Counted from the stretch's first letter, positions 17,911 to 27,536 are shown. The stretch is 62,582 nucleotides of DNA from Flavonifractor sp. An92 (GCF_002159175.1 NZ_NFGZ01000016.1:1-62582), one strand, 5' to 3'. Notes: generated by a model not told the origin, from the sequence alone. Numbers and translations are program-made.

Positions 17911-17939
17911 CCTACTTTTCTTTATAAAGAAAAGTAGGC
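17911..17939 (+). terminator. Hairpin terminator after cysS
   Basis: Perfect hairpin cctacttttc-tttataaag-gaaaagtagg immediately after the stop codon. Confidence 0.5.
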
Positions 17940-18093
17940 AAAAGAAATTTTCATCTTCTCTAACGAAAAAACAGCACTGGCCTGGCGTCCACAGGGATGC
18001 CGGGCCAGTTTTTATATATAATGTCCGGAACCTGGGGCCCCACACGGTGGGGCAATTCATTTGCCCCGAGCATTTGAAAGATCCCAGGATTCT

Positions 18094-18130
18094 AAAAAAA
18101 CAACCACACCGAATGGTGTGGTTGTTTTTT
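18094..18130. terminator. Bidirectional terminator at the left edge of the AT-rich islet
   Basis: aaaaaaa, then caaccacacc-gaat-ggtgtggttg, then tttttt. Confidence 0.55.
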
Positions 18131-18208
18131 GTCTTGTCCGTAAACTATAGATGCCACGGTTCAGTTACCTTTTAATATTCATGTTCCATACAGTGAGGAT
18201 GAACTTCA

Positions 18209-18580
18209 TTAATAATAAAATGGTCTAACATCCCGAAAAATATTTTGTAACTGATTTGCTACACCATCAAATACTACTTTTTTTTGTGGCCTTTTCTTGG
18301 GCTGTTTGACCTTCTCTTCAGCAATTACTCCCGCAAAAAAGCCAAGAACAATAATACATTTATGAGGAGTGCAAAGAAATCTTCTTATAATCTGTCTATC
18401 CTCTCTATCTCCGCTAAGAAGACCACAAATTATACAGAGAACTGTAAATCCTGGAATATAAACTACATATTTTTTTGCTTTACACAACTGAGGCGTTTCT
18501 ACGCACAAAGAATAAATACCAATTACTGTACCAATATAAACAGATGCTATTATCCCAAGTATAACTATTATCCAACTCAC
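18209..18580 (-). CDS. Hypothetical small membrane protein (3 predicted TM helices) in the AT-rich islet
   Basis: Low-GC ORF (about 33% GC) with hydrophobic helices; no recognisable family. Confidence 0.45.
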   Translation of the reverse strand: MSWIIVILGIIASVYIGTVIGIYSLCVETPQLCKAKKYVVYIPGFTVLCIICGLLSGDREDRQIIRRFLCTPHKCIIVLGFFAGVIAEEKVKQPKKRPQKKVVFDGVANQLQNIFRDVRPFYY

Positions 18581-19053
18581 TGCTTTACCTCCCGACCATT
18601 AACAACAGCGGCTTTAATTCTTGCAGACTGTTTGCATGGAGAACACGTATAATACGCGACCGGAATCAGAAGATTTACAATAAGAAGTATTGCAATTAGG
18701 ACTTTTGAGATTTTAAACCCGCCAAATAACATCATTGATTCAACAATAAAATAACTGTTTGAGTCTTGAGTTACTATTCCTCCAAGTCCCAAAAAACAGA
18801 TAATCATTATTATGACATCAACTGATCCGATTACCCAACGGACTATGCGAGCAACTTTATTAGTAGGACCAGAACACACAATATCAATCAATACTGGAGC
18901 AATAAAAAGCATTGTCTGGAAATATGTAAAATTTTGCGGGTTGCTGAGCAACACGAATATTCCTACAATGACATAGATGCCCTGCCAAATAAACCGATAA
19001 TTATTATCTGGCAACTGGCACGCATCATACGAGCACTTAGCCAAAGCAAACAC
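18577..19053 (-). CDS. Hypothetical small membrane protein (4 predicted TM helices) in the AT-rich islet
   Basis: Low-GC ORF overlapping the downstream gene by 4 nt (ATGA coupling). Probable GTG start with an AG-rich RBS. Confidence 0.45.
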   Translation of the reverse strand: MFALAKCSYDACQLPDNNYRFIWQGIYVIVGIFVLLSNPQNFTYFQTMLFIAPVLIDIVCSGPTNKVARIVRWVIGSVDVIIMIICFLGLGGIVTQDSNSYFIVESMMLFGGFKISKVLIAILLIVNLLIPVAYYTCSPCKQSARIKAAVVNGREVKQ

Positions 19054-19329
19054 TCTTTCTCTCTTTTCTATAATTATATTTTACTCCAAATTCAAACAGA
19101 CTGCAATTACTATTTGGCATATTTTCTCAAAGACTACAATAATATTTTAAATTATTTTTCCTTTTGGATAGAGACTTCTCTAAACTATTATACGCAGATA
19201 ACATAAGGATCTCCACAAAAAGACAAATTATCATAAGCCTAAAATAACTTTCCAAGTATCATGCTGATAAATTCTTCCCATTATTTTATAAATATCAGTA
19301 GAGTTAATGATACTGTTCATTGCAGTAAT

Positions 19330-20600
19330 GCAGCGTAAATATGGAATGTGCAGTAAAATATTTTCATCACCAAAAAGGAGATGAAGGTATGTCAACCAAA
19401 TACTCAGCAGAATTCAAAAAGAAAACCATTCAACGCTACGAAAAGGGGGTATCAATCAAAATACTGAGTCAGGAATTAGGCGTTTCACAAAGCACGATCT
19501 ACCAATGGCGCAAGCAGTACTGTTCTATCCAAACACCTAACCGTACCTATACTCCAGCAGAGTTTGATGCTGTCACAAGACGCTTAACAAAGTTGGAGCA
19601 CGAAATGGAGATCATCAAAGCATCTGGTTACCTCAGCCGCGTACCACTTCAGGAAAAGTTAGTCACATTGGAAGGGATCTACAAACAAGAGAACAATCCA
19701 TACAGTGTCTATGAGTTGTGTGAAGCATTGGATGTTGCACGCGGGACCTTCTATAATCACATCTTCCGTCGTGCAGACCGGAGTAAACGAGAAAAGGAGC
19801 AGCAAGAACTGATGCTAAAAGTGCAGCAGATTTTTGATGATAATCAGCAGCGATTTGGTGCCGAGAAAATCAGAACTGTTTTAGCACAAAATGGAGTGCG
19901 GGTCAGTGTGAAACGAGTCTCCGCAATCATGCAGGAGTTGAATCTTCGAAGTATCCGTACAGATGCAAAAAAGCAGTACAAAAAGCGGCAACAATATGCA
20001 AAACGCAATTTACTCGAAAGAGAGTTTACTGCAGAGCATCCAAACCAAATATGGGTCAGTGATATTACTTACTTTAAAGTCAACAACTATTGGGTATATT
20101 TCTGTATGATTTTGGATCTCTATTCCCGAAAGATTGTGGGCTACAAAGTATCGCGTAATGCCAGTACAAACTTAGTTACTACCACGTTTCGAAATGCTTA
20201 TCAGGAGCGCGGCAAACCCAGAAATCTGACATTCCATAGTGATCGTGGAACGCAGTACACATCTGCTGCTTTCACAAAACTTCTTCAAAAGTACGGTGTC
20301 AAACAGTCCTTTTCCGCCACTGGCCGCCCTCACGACAATGCAGTTGCTGAATCCTTTTTTGCCACATTCAAAAAAGAAGAGGCATACCGCAGAGAGTATA
20401 CCTCAGAACGAAGTTTTTGCAAGAGTGTTGAGCAATTTGTTCGATACTACAATGAGGTTCGTCCTCACCAAACGCTAAAATATCAGACGCCACAGGCTTT
20501 CGAAGAAAAGTATTATGCCGGTACTATTGAAAACGACTGTTCAAATAGCGACACAGCGCAAAAATAATACTTCTGCATTTTGCGATTTTTGAAAAACTCT
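19330..20600 (+). mobile_element. IS3-family insertion sequence (IS150-like), about 1.25 kb
   Basis: Encodes a fused OrfAB transposase. Imperfect terminal inverted repeats were spotted around 19348 (TGCAGTAAAATATT) and 20570-20590 (reverse complement TGCAGAAGTATTATT). Boundaries are approximate. Confidence 0.65.
19389..20567 (+). CDS. IS3-family transposase (HTH OrfA part and DDE OrfB part in a single frame)
   Basis: N-terminal HTH (..ELGVSQSTIYQWRKQ..), leucine-zipper-like region, and DDE integrase core (..WVSDITYF..HSDRGTQYTS..YNEVRPHQTL..). No frameshift is needed in this copy. AAGGAGATGAAGG RBS. Confidence 0.85.
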   Translation: MSTKYSAEFKKKTIQRYEKGVSIKILSQELGVSQSTIYQWRKQYCSIQTPNRTYTPAEFDAVTRRLTKLEHEMEIIKASGYLSRVPLQEKLVTLEGIYKQENNPYSVYELCEALDVARGTFYNHIFRRADRSKREKEQQELMLKVQQIFDDNQQRFGAEKIRTVLAQNGVRVSVKRVSAIMQELNLRSIRTDAKKQYKKRQQYAKRNLLEREFTAEHPNQIWVSDITYFKVNNYWVYFCMILDLYSRKIVGYKVSRNASTNLVTTTFRNAYQERGKPRNLTFHSDRGTQYTSAAFTKLLQKYGVKQSFSATGRPHDNAVAESFFATFKKEEAYRREYTSERSFCKSVEQFVRYYNEVRPHQTLKYQTPQAFEEKYYAGTIENDCSNSDTAQK

Positions 20601-20701
20601 AACTAAAGCATAAAAAGAGGAAAGCCTTGTGTATCAAGGCTTTCCGAAAATGAGAGGTCCGCTTTTCGATAAAAATGTTCGAAAAGCGGACCTCGTTCAT
20701 T

Positions 20702-20776
20702 TGGAGGCGCCACCCAGAATCGAACTGGGGAATAAAGCTTTTGCAGAGCTCTGCCTTACCGCTTGGCTATGGCGCC
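20702..20776 (-). tRNA. tRNA-Cys (GCA)
   Basis: Cloverleaf GGCGCCATAGCCAAGCGGTAAGGCAGAGCTCTGCAAAAGC...TCCA; anticodon loop cTGCAaa; encoded CCA end. Confidence 0.9.
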
Positions 20777-20813
20777 ATATGGAGGACGGGAAGCCATCCC
20801 ATCCTCATTTGTT

Positions 20814-20889
20814 TGGAGCAGGTGACGAGGCTCGAACTCGCTACCTCCACCTTGGCAAGGTGGCGCTCTACCAGATGAGCTACACCTGC
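20814..20889 (-). tRNA. tRNA-Gly (GCC)
   Basis: GCAGGTGTAGCTCATCTGGTAGAGCGCCACCTTGCCAAGGTGG...GCTCCA; anticodon GCC. Confidence 0.9.
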
Positions 20890-20946
20890 ATACGCAGTAC
20901 CCACTTGGGGCCCCGGTGAGATACCCACGGTATCTCACCGGGAATT

Positions 20947-21022
20947 TGGTGCCTCCGGCCGGAATCGAACCAGCGACACGGGGATTTTCAGTCCCCTGCT
21001 CTACCAACTGAGCTACAGAGGC
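20947..21022 (-). tRNA. tRNA-Phe (GAA)
   Basis: GCCTCTGTAGCTCAGTTGGTAGAGCAGGGGACTGAAAATCCCC...GCACCA; anticodon GAA. Confidence 0.9.
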
Positions 21023-21025
21023 ATA

Positions 21026-21102
<77 letters not shown>

Positions 21103-21110
21103 ATATGATA

Positions 21111-21186
21111 TGGTGGGAACAACAGGGCTCGAACCTGTGACATCATGCTTGTAAGGCATGCGCTCTCCCAGCTGAGCTATGCTCCC
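21111..21186 (-). tRNA. tRNA-Val (TAC)
   Basis: GGGAGCATAGCTCAGCTGGGAGAGCGCATGCCTTACAAGCATG...CCACCA; anticodon UAC. Confidence 0.9.
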
Positions 21187-21249
21187 CTGTTCGCCTTCGT
21201 CAGACCTTCCTGCTCTTCACACGCTGTCGTGTCTCACACGGCGAAATGT

Positions 21250-21278
21250 ATTATACCAAAGCCTGGGGCCAAAGTCAA
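21250..21278 (-). promoter_or_regulatory. Consensus sigma-A promoter (TTGACT-17-TATAAT) driving the Val-Asp-Phe-Gly-Cys tRNA operon
   Basis: Minus strand reads TTGACTttggccccaggctttggTATAATacatttcgc, about 60 nt upstream of tRNA-Val. Confidence 0.55.
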
Positions 21279-21338
21279 GTTCTTTCTTGAAGTTTTTTTC
21301 GGGCCGCCGGACGAGTTTTTTCCGGCGGCCCGTGTGCG

Positions 21339-22217
21339 TTACATCCGGGCCAAAAGGTCCTCCAGCTCCTCCTTGGAGTAGTGATACACCTTGTCACAGA
21401 ACTGGCAGGTCAGCTCGGCCTCGCCCTGATCCTCGATGAGCTCGCCCAGGTCCTTCTTGCCCATGCTGATGAGGGCCCGGGTCACCCGGTCCTTGGAGCA
21501 ATAGCAGCGGTACTCCACCGGCGACTCCTCCACGATCTCCAGCTCGAAGTCGCACAGCACCCGCTTCACCAGGTCCAGGGCGGTGAGCCCCTCCTGAAGG
21601 GCCTTGGTCACCGCGCCCATCTCGACTACCCGCTGCTCCAGCTTGGAGATGACCTCCTCGCTGGCGCCGGGCAGCAGCTGGATGAGGTAACCGCCGGCGC
21701 ACATCACGCTCTGGTCGGTGTCCACCAGCACGCCCAGGGCGCAGGCCGAGGGGATCTGCTCGCTCTCCACCAGGTAGGAGGCCAGGTCATCGGCGATCTC
21801 GCCGGACAGGAGCTCCACCTGGCCCACATAGGGCTCCTTGAGGCCGATGTCCTTGATGACGGTGAGGGTGCCGTCGGTGCCCACAGCCCGGCCCACGTCC
21901 AGCTTGCCGGGGTGCTTCTCCATGAGCTCCACGTCCCCGTTCTGCACATAGCCCCGGACGTTGCCGGCGCTGTCGGAGACGGCGGTGATGGACCCCAGGG
22001 GGCCGCCGCCGTTCACCCGCAGGGTGACGGAGCCGTTGTCCTCCTTGAGCTGGTTGCCCAGCATGGAGCAGCCCAGCAGAGCCCGGCCAAGGGCGGCGGT
22101 GGCCACCGGCAGGGTCTTGTGGATCTGCCGGGCCCGCTCCACCAGGTCTTTGGCGGAAATGGCGCTGGCCTTGATGGGCGCGTCCTTGGCCAGCACCCGT
22201 ACGATCTGATCTGACAT
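21339..22217 (-). CDS. hslO: Hsp33 redox-regulated chaperone
   Basis: Hsp33 fold with the C-terminal zinc centre CYCS...CQFC. Confidence 0.9.
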   Translation of the reverse strand: MSDQIVRVLAKDAPIKASAISAKDLVERARQIHKTLPVATAALGRALLGCSMLGNQLKEDNGSVTLRVNGGGPLGSITAVSDSAGNVRGYVQNGDVELMEKHPGKLDVGRAVGTDGTLTVIKDIGLKEPYVGQVELLSGEIADDLASYLVESEQIPSACALGVLVDTDQSVMCAGGYLIQLLPGASEEVISKLEQRVVEMGAVTKALQEGLTALDLVKRVLCDFELEIVEESPVEYRCYCSKDRVTRALISMGKKDLGELIEDQGEAELTCQFCDKVYHYSKEELEDLLARM

Positions 22218-22220
22218 GGT

Positions 22221-22973
22221 TTATTCGTCCTTTCGTGCTACAAAGAAAATGCGGTCCTCCCCCTCCTTGGGGGCGCGGAACACCCGCTCGCCGTACCGCT
22301 TGATGTGAGTAAATCCCGCCCGGCGGAGCATGTCCTCCAGCTGCTCAGGTGTGTAGGCATACTCCTCGTGGAGCTCCTCCCCCCGCTCCCACAGGCCGCT
22401 GTCGGTGAGCTGGAAGATGTCCATGGCGTAGGTGCAGATGTTCCGGCGCTGGGAGAACTCCGCCCGCCAGACGCAGTAGGCGTCCTCGGTCTCGTCCAGA
22501 AAGACCTGCCCGTCCAGGCGCCGGAGCTTTTCCGGGGTATTGATGTCGAAGATGAACACGCCGCCGGACATGAGGAAGAGGTGGACCCGCTCAAAGGCCC
22601 GCTCCAGCAGGGCGGGGCGGGTGACATAGTTGACGCTGTCCAGGCAACAGACGCAGGCGTCGATGGTGCCGTAGAGGTCCAGCTTCTCCATGGGCTGGTG
22701 GAGGAAGAGGGGCGGGATGTCCACCTGCTCCTCCATCCCCTTCTCCTGGGCGGCGGCCAGCATCTCCTCCGACCGGTCCACGCCGATCATCTCATAGCCC
22801 CGCCGGGCCAGCTCCCAGGTAAGGCTGCCGGTGCCGCAGGCCAGGTCCAGGACCGTATGGACCGGGAGCTTTGTGCGGTGGAAGTGCTTTTCCAGATAGT
22901 CGGCCCACTGGCGGTAGCCCACGTCGGTGGTCAGCTCGTCATAGCACCCGGCCAGAAACTCATAGCTCCCCAT
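22221..22973 (-). CDS. Class I SAM-dependent methyltransferase
   Basis: Motif I VLDLACGTGSLT with acidic loop (GVDRSEEML); Rossmann-fold methyltransferase. Confidence 0.8.
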   Translation of the reverse strand: MGSYEFLAGCYDELTTDVGYRQWADYLEKHFHRTKLPVHTVLDLACGTGSLTWELARRGYEMIGVDRSEEMLAAAQEKGMEEQVDIPPLFLHQPMEKLDLYGTIDACVCCLDSVNYVTRPALLERAFERVHLFLMSGGVFIFDINTPEKLRRLDGQVFLDETEDAYCVWRAEFSQRRNICTYAMDIFQLTDSGLWERGEELHEEYAYTPEQLEDMLRRAGFTHIKRYGERVFRAPKEGEDRIFFVARKDE

Positions 22974-23271
22974 TGGCCCTCATCTTCTCCTTGACGCGGG
23001 GGAGCACGGTCTGATAGCCGTCCGCCCCATATTGCAGGGAGCGGTTGACCCGGCTGATGGTGGCGCTGCTGGCTCCGGTGCGCTCCAAGATGTCATTGTA
23101 GATCATGCCGTCACTGAGGAGGAGAGCCACCTCAAAGCGCTGCTCCATGGCCTTCAGCTCGGCCACCGTACACAGGTCGGAAAAAAATTTCTTGCACTCG
23201 TCCAGATCCTTCAGGGTCAGGATGGTCTCATAGAGCCGGTCGCTCTGGGCCTGCTTTCGATTTCTTGCCAA
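22960..23271 (-). CDS. yerC: YerC/YecD-family TrpR-like DNA-binding protein
   Basis: About 100 aa with the pattern ..LYETILTLKDLDECKKFFSDLCT..ELKAMEQRFEVA..L..G..Y..I...TGAS.ATISRV.R.L characteristic of the YerC/YecD TrpR-like family. Confidence 0.8.
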   Translation of the reverse strand: MARNRKQAQSDRLYETILTLKDLDECKKFFSDLCTVAELKAMEQRFEVALLLSDGMIYNDILERTGASSATISRVNRSLQYGADGYQTVLPRVKEKMRANGEL

Positions 23272-23456
23272 AACGGTTACCTCCCGCTTTCGTGCTGCTG
23301 CTGTCCATACACAGCGTACAGACTTGGTTTACGCTCTGTTTCTTATTTTACCAAAGTGAATCGTCAAAGTAAACACAATTTCTTAAAATTTTACCAAAGC
23401 ACCCCCCGGTCTCCGGCGGCATAGTCTGGAACAAATCCCTAAAAGGAGGTCCCGTC

Positions 23457-24116
23457 ATGTCCGCTGAGCCCCTGCTGATCCAGGCCCTGCACGACGACCG
23501 CACCCTTGACCGGGAGGGGCGTCCGGTGCTGGAGCTGTCCATGTCCCGCCCTCACCTGCCCGGGGAGGGCGTCCCCGTCCGGCGGGTGGAGCGCTACTAT
23601 CAGGCCCTGTGCAAGAACTGGATGGCCCACTGGACCGGGCCGCTCTATCGCCGCGCCTGTGAGGGTGAGGAGGCCGCTCTGGCCGCCGCCCGGCCCTTCA
23701 CGCCCTGGAAGGCCGCCTTCACCTGGTCGGTCACCCACGCCGACGAGCAGGTCCTGAGCCTGTGCTGGGAGGCGGTGGAGGAGGGGGACGGCCCCCGCCG
23801 GGTCTGCCGCCGGTACGACGTGTGGAGCCGGAAGGACGGCCGCCCGCTCACTCTGGCCGACGTGCTCCCCCAACGGAAGGGCTGGCGGGCTCAGGTGCGC
23901 CGCCGGGTGGCCCGCCAGCTGGAGGAGCTGGCCGACCGGACGCCGGAGGAGGTCCTCCCCCGCTGGCGCGCCGGTCTGGGCCGGGCCCTGCGGGCGGGGC
24001 GGTTCTACCTCACGCCGGAGGGCCCGGTGCTCCTCCTCCCCCCGGGGAGCGTGCGCCCGGCCCGGGCGGGCTGGTGCTCCTTCCCCCTCTCAGGGGAAAA
24101 CGAGCCCGGCCTGTGA
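23457..24116 (+). CDS. Hypothetical protein (219 aa), Arg/Trp-rich, no recognisable family
   Basis: ORF with AAAAGGAGG RBS; no confident domain assignment. Confidence 0.5.
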   Translation: MSAEPLLIQALHDDRTLDREGRPVLELSMSRPHLPGEGVPVRRVERYYQALCKNWMAHWTGPLYRRACEGEEAALAAARPFTPWKAAFTWSVTHADEQVLSLCWEAVEEGDGPRRVCRRYDVWSRKDGRPLTLADVLPQRKGWRAQVRRRVARQLEELADRTPEEVLPRWRAGLGRALRAGRFYLTPEGPVLLLPPGSVRPARAGWCSFPLSGENEPGL

Positions 24117-24144
24117 GACCACAGGCCGGGCTCGTGGGGAACCC

Positions 24145-25176
24145 TTAGCGTTTGCGCCGGGGCGCTTCTGTCGGACGGGGTTTCTCTTTATCGGGCTTGG
24201 CCGGTTTGGCGGCCTGCCGCTTGGCCTCATCCTTCTCAAAGGCTTTGACGATGTCACGGACGATTTTGTTCCGCACCACGTCCCGATTGTTAAGCCGGAC
24301 CACCGAGATGCCCTCGATGCCGCCCAAGATCTCGGCGCACCGCTCCAGACCGGAGTCCACCGAGCGGGGCAGGTCGATCTGGGTCACGTCGCCGGTGAGG
24401 ACCATCTTGGACCCCTCGCCCAGACGGGTGAGGGCCATCTTCAGGGTGGGCAGAGAGGCGTTCTGGCTCTCGTCGATGATGACACGGGCGTGGTTGAGGG
24501 TACGTCCGCGCATATAGGCCAGGGGGGCGATCTCGATGGTGCCCCGCTCCCGGAGCTTTTCGGCCTTCTCGGCGCCGAAAATGTCGTGGAGGGCGTCATA
24601 CAGAGGCCGCAGATAGGGGTCCACCTTCTGGGCCAGGTCGCCGGGCAGGAAGCCCAGGCGCTCCTCACCGGCCTCGATGGCGGGGCGGCTCATGATGATA
24701 CGCTCGATGTCGCCGTTTTTCAGCTCCTTGGCGGCCTGGGCCACGGCCAGATAGGTCTTGCCGGTGCCGGCGGGGCCGATGCACAGGGTGACGGTGTTCT
24801 CCTGGAGGGCCTTGATGTAGTTCTTCTGGCCCAGAGTCTTGCACTTGATGGGGGCGCCCTTCTGGGTGATGGTGACGATGCTGTCCATGGCGGAGAAGGT
24901 CTCCTCCAGGCTGCCCTCCCGGGCCTCGTCGATGAGCCGGGCCACCACGCTCTCAGTGAGGGGCTCGCCCCGGCGGTAGAACTGCAGCAGGGAGCGCAGC
25001 ACCTCGGTGGCCAGGCGCACATTCTCCTCCGACTCGCCCCGCACGTCCACATCGTAGTCCCGCAGCCCGATGCGGACCTCCAGGGCCTTCTCGATCATCT
25101 TGGCGAAGTCATCCTGGGCCCCGAACACGGCCTGCTGCTGGTCGATGGTATCAAAGGACAGACGCTCTGTTTGCAA
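24145..25176 (-). CDS. phoH: PhoH-family ATPase
   Basis: Walker A GPAGTGKTYLAV and a PhoH-like C-terminus; basic Lys/Pro-rich tail. Confidence 0.9.
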   Translation of the reverse strand: MQTERLSFDTIDQQQAVFGAQDDFAKMIEKALEVRIGLRDYDVDVRGESEENVRLATEVLRSLLQFYRRGEPLTESVVARLIDEAREGSLEETFSAMDSIVTITQKGAPIKCKTLGQKNYIKALQENTVTLCIGPAGTGKTYLAVAQAAKELKNGDIERIIMSRPAIEAGEERLGFLPGDLAQKVDPYLRPLYDALHDIFGAEKAEKLRERGTIEIAPLAYMRGRTLNHARVIIDESQNASLPTLKMALTRLGEGSKMVLTGDVTQIDLPRSVDSGLERCAEILGGIEGISVVRLNNRDVVRNKIVRDIVKAFEKDEAKRQAAKPAKPDKEKPRPTEAPRRKR

Positions 25177-25327
25177 ACAACATTCCTCGCTTTCGCATAC
25201 CGCTCAAATGCGGTATCGTAACACTGAATACCTAGATTAGATTATATAGAAATCCGGTCCTCTTTGCAAGCCGCCGGAGAAAAAGGGAGCGCGCCGCGGC
25301 CGCGGGGCGCTCCCATCGGAATCTGGA

Positions 25328-26740
25328 TTACTGGCACAGCTCCACGATGGCCTGGGTGAAGATCTTGCAGGAGGTGAGCAGCAGATCAATGCTGGCCTGC
25401 TCATTGGGGGCGTGCATCTTGGGGTCGAAGCCGGGGAACTGGCAGCCGCAGGCCACGCCGCCGGGGATGTCGTGGACGTAGGTGCCGCCGCCGATGGCCA
25501 GAGGCTTGGCGTTGGTGGTGCCGGTGTAGGTCTCGTAGCAGCGCAGCAGGGTCTGCACCAGGGGGGAGTCGGAGGGCACGCAGTGGACGGTGGTCATGTT
25601 CTCGTCCCCGGTGACGGCGATGCCGTAGTGGGCAAAGCTGGCCTCACAGGCCTTCTTGCAGTTGTCCTCGTTGGCGCACAGGGGGAAGCGCACGTCGAAC
25701 TTGCCGGTGAAGCCGGTGTCGGTGACGGTGAGAAGGGCGAAGTTCAGGGTGAGGGGGCCGCTCTCCTCGTCGGACTGGGCGATGCCCAGGGCCGCGCCCC
25801 GGGTGTCCCCGAAGGGGAAGAGGGTATGGAGGGCCTGGAGGGCGCGGGTGCTCTCACAGTCGGCCAGGGGCAGACGGGCCAGCAGGGTCAGCAGGGCGCA
25901 GATGGCGTTGATGCCGTCGTCGGGGCTGGCCGCGTGAGCGTTCTTGCCGGCGCAGTGGATGTGCACGCCGTCCTTCTCCTCGGTGAGGGTGAAAGGGGTG
26001 CGGGTCTGGTTGGTGACGGCGTCGGCGTGGGGCTTCACGTCGGCGGCGGTCAGGCCGGCCACCACACACTGGGCCTCGGGGGGCACCACGTTGAAGCGGA
26101 AGCCGCCGGTGAGCTCGGTGACCCGGGGCAGGACGGTCTCGGCCGCCCAGGTCTTGCCGAAGTCGGGGTGATAGTGGCCCTTCTCGATGTTGATGACCGG
26201 GAAGTCGGCGTCGGGAGTGAAGGAGTAGGGGGCATAGGGGTGCTTGGAGTAGTAGTAGGCGATGTCGCTGGAGCCGCTCTCCTCGTCGGTGCCCATGACC
26301 AGCTTCACGTTGGCATTCACAGGCAGGCCCAGGTCCTTCACGGCCTTCATGGCCATGAGGGCGCAGACCACGGGGCCCTTGTCGTCGGACACGCCCCGAC
26401 CGTAGAGCATGCCGTCCTTCTCCACGCAGGTGTAGGGGTCGGTGTCCCAGCCCTTGCCCTCGCCCACCACGTCCAGGTGGCCCAGGATGTGCAGGCGGGT
26501 CTCCTTGTCGTTGAGGTCGGCGGTGCCCACATAATTCTCCACGTTCTCGGTCTGGAAGCCCCACTCCCCGGCCAGGGCCAGGCCCTCGGCCAGCGCGGCG
26601 GCGGGGCCCTCACCGAAGGGCTTGCCCGGCTGGGCCTCGCCCCGGACGCTGTTGATCTTCACCAGACGGGCGATGGCCTTCACCAGCGTCTCCCGGGCCT
26701 CGGGGGTATCGAAATAAGCGTTGATCTTCTCCTGATACAT
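25328..26740 (-). CDS. pepV: M20-family dipeptidase (PepV/Sapep-like)
   Basis: M20A dipeptidase signature (..HLDVV..GWDTDPY..GRGVSDDKGP..VMGTDEESG..). Confidence 0.85.
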   Translation of the reverse strand: MYQEKINAYFDTPEARETLVKAIARLVKINSVRGEAQPGKPFGEGPAAALAEGLALAGEWGFQTENVENYVGTADLNDKETRLHILGHLDVVGEGKGWDTDPYTCVEKDGMLYGRGVSDDKGPVVCALMAMKAVKDLGLPVNANVKLVMGTDEESGSSDIAYYYSKHPYAPYSFTPDADFPVINIEKGHYHPDFGKTWAAETVLPRVTELTGGFRFNVVPPEAQCVVAGLTAADVKPHADAVTNQTRTPFTLTEEKDGVHIHCAGKNAHAASPDDGINAICALLTLLARLPLADCESTRALQALHTLFPFGDTRGAALGIAQSDEESGPLTLNFALLTVTDTGFTGKFDVRFPLCANEDNCKKACEASFAHYGIAVTGDENMTTVHCVPSDSPLVQTLLRCYETYTGTTNAKPLAIGGGTYVHDIPGGVACGCQFPGFDPKMHAPNEQASIDLLLTSCKIFTQAIVELCQ

Positions 26741-26765
26741 GGCAATTGCTCCTTTTTCTTGCTGT

Positions 26766-27413
26766 CTAAGGTTCCGCCCCCGGCTCGCCGCTGTTCTCGG
26801 CCAGCTCGCCCAGGTATTTATACACCGTATACCGGGAAACCTGGAGCCGACGGGAGACGAAGGGCACGGATTTGCGGAAGGAAAAGGCGTTTTTCTGGTC
26901 CAGCAGGGCGATCACCTTCATGCGGTCCTTCTTGTTCAGCTCGCTGACCGGCTTGCCCACGGCGGCCAGACACTCGTCGAAGATGTCGGCCAGGCGGCCG
27001 TCGCCCCCCTGCCACATGGCGCTCTGGAGGTCGGCCTCGGCGTTCATCAGGTCCACCAGGGTGCGGTTGGCGTACGCCAGAGAGGTATAGTCGAAGTTGA
27101 TGCCCAGCGCCAGGTTGTACCCGTCCCCGATGAGGTGGAAGGTACTGCTCTTGATCTGCCGCCCGCTGGGGGTGGTGGCGGCCAGATTGACGAAATCGGT
27201 GACCAGAGCCGTGGCGTCCAGCTCCTTGGCGGTGCCCAGGATGTCCATGGTGGAGCCCACCGAGCGCCCGGACACGTGGCCGTTGTAGATGGACAGGATG
27301 GGGTGCTTGGGGTCCCCCATGTCGTGGACCAGCGTCTCGCAGGAGGAGCCGAACATCTCCGCGATGCCCCGGGCGGTCCGATCCAGAAATTCCAGGGCCT
27401 CCTCGCGGTTCAT
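26766..27413 (-). CDS. YheO-like PAS-domain transcriptional regulator with C-terminal HTH
   Basis: N-terminal PAS-like YheO domain and C-terminal HTH (..VSRYTVYKYL..). Lies 25 nt upstream of pepV on the same strand, so likely an operon. Confidence 0.7.
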   Translation of the reverse strand: MNREEALEFLDRTARGIAEMFGSSCETLVHDMGDPKHPILSIYNGHVSGRSVGSTMDILGTAKELDATALVTDFVNLAATTPSGRQIKSSTFHLIGDGYNLALGINFDYTSLAYANRTLVDLMNAEADLQSAMWQGGDGRLADIFDECLAAVGKPVSELNKKDRMKVIALLDQKNAFSFRKSVPFVSRRLQVSRYTVYKYLGELAENSGEPGAEP

Positions 27414-27536
27414 GCCCCTCACCTCGTTTTCCGAAGATGCCCCGCCCTTCCGGCGGGGATGGACCGCGCCCTGGGGCGCGGTCTCACAGAGACTATTATA
27501 ATACCTTTCGCCTCCGCCCGCAAGTGCGGAGCGTAT

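Noticed and set aside
15790-18060. 756-aa minus-strand ORF antisense to cysE and cysS
   Set aside because: Shadow ORF opposite two highly conserved genes; low-complexity GAVL-rich translation.
21300-21338. GC hairpin cgggccgccgga...tccggcggcccg between hslO and the tRNA promoter, considered as the hslO terminator
   Set aside because: No U-tract follows the hairpin on the minus strand; the T-run precedes it on the plus strand. Its orientation and function are unclear.
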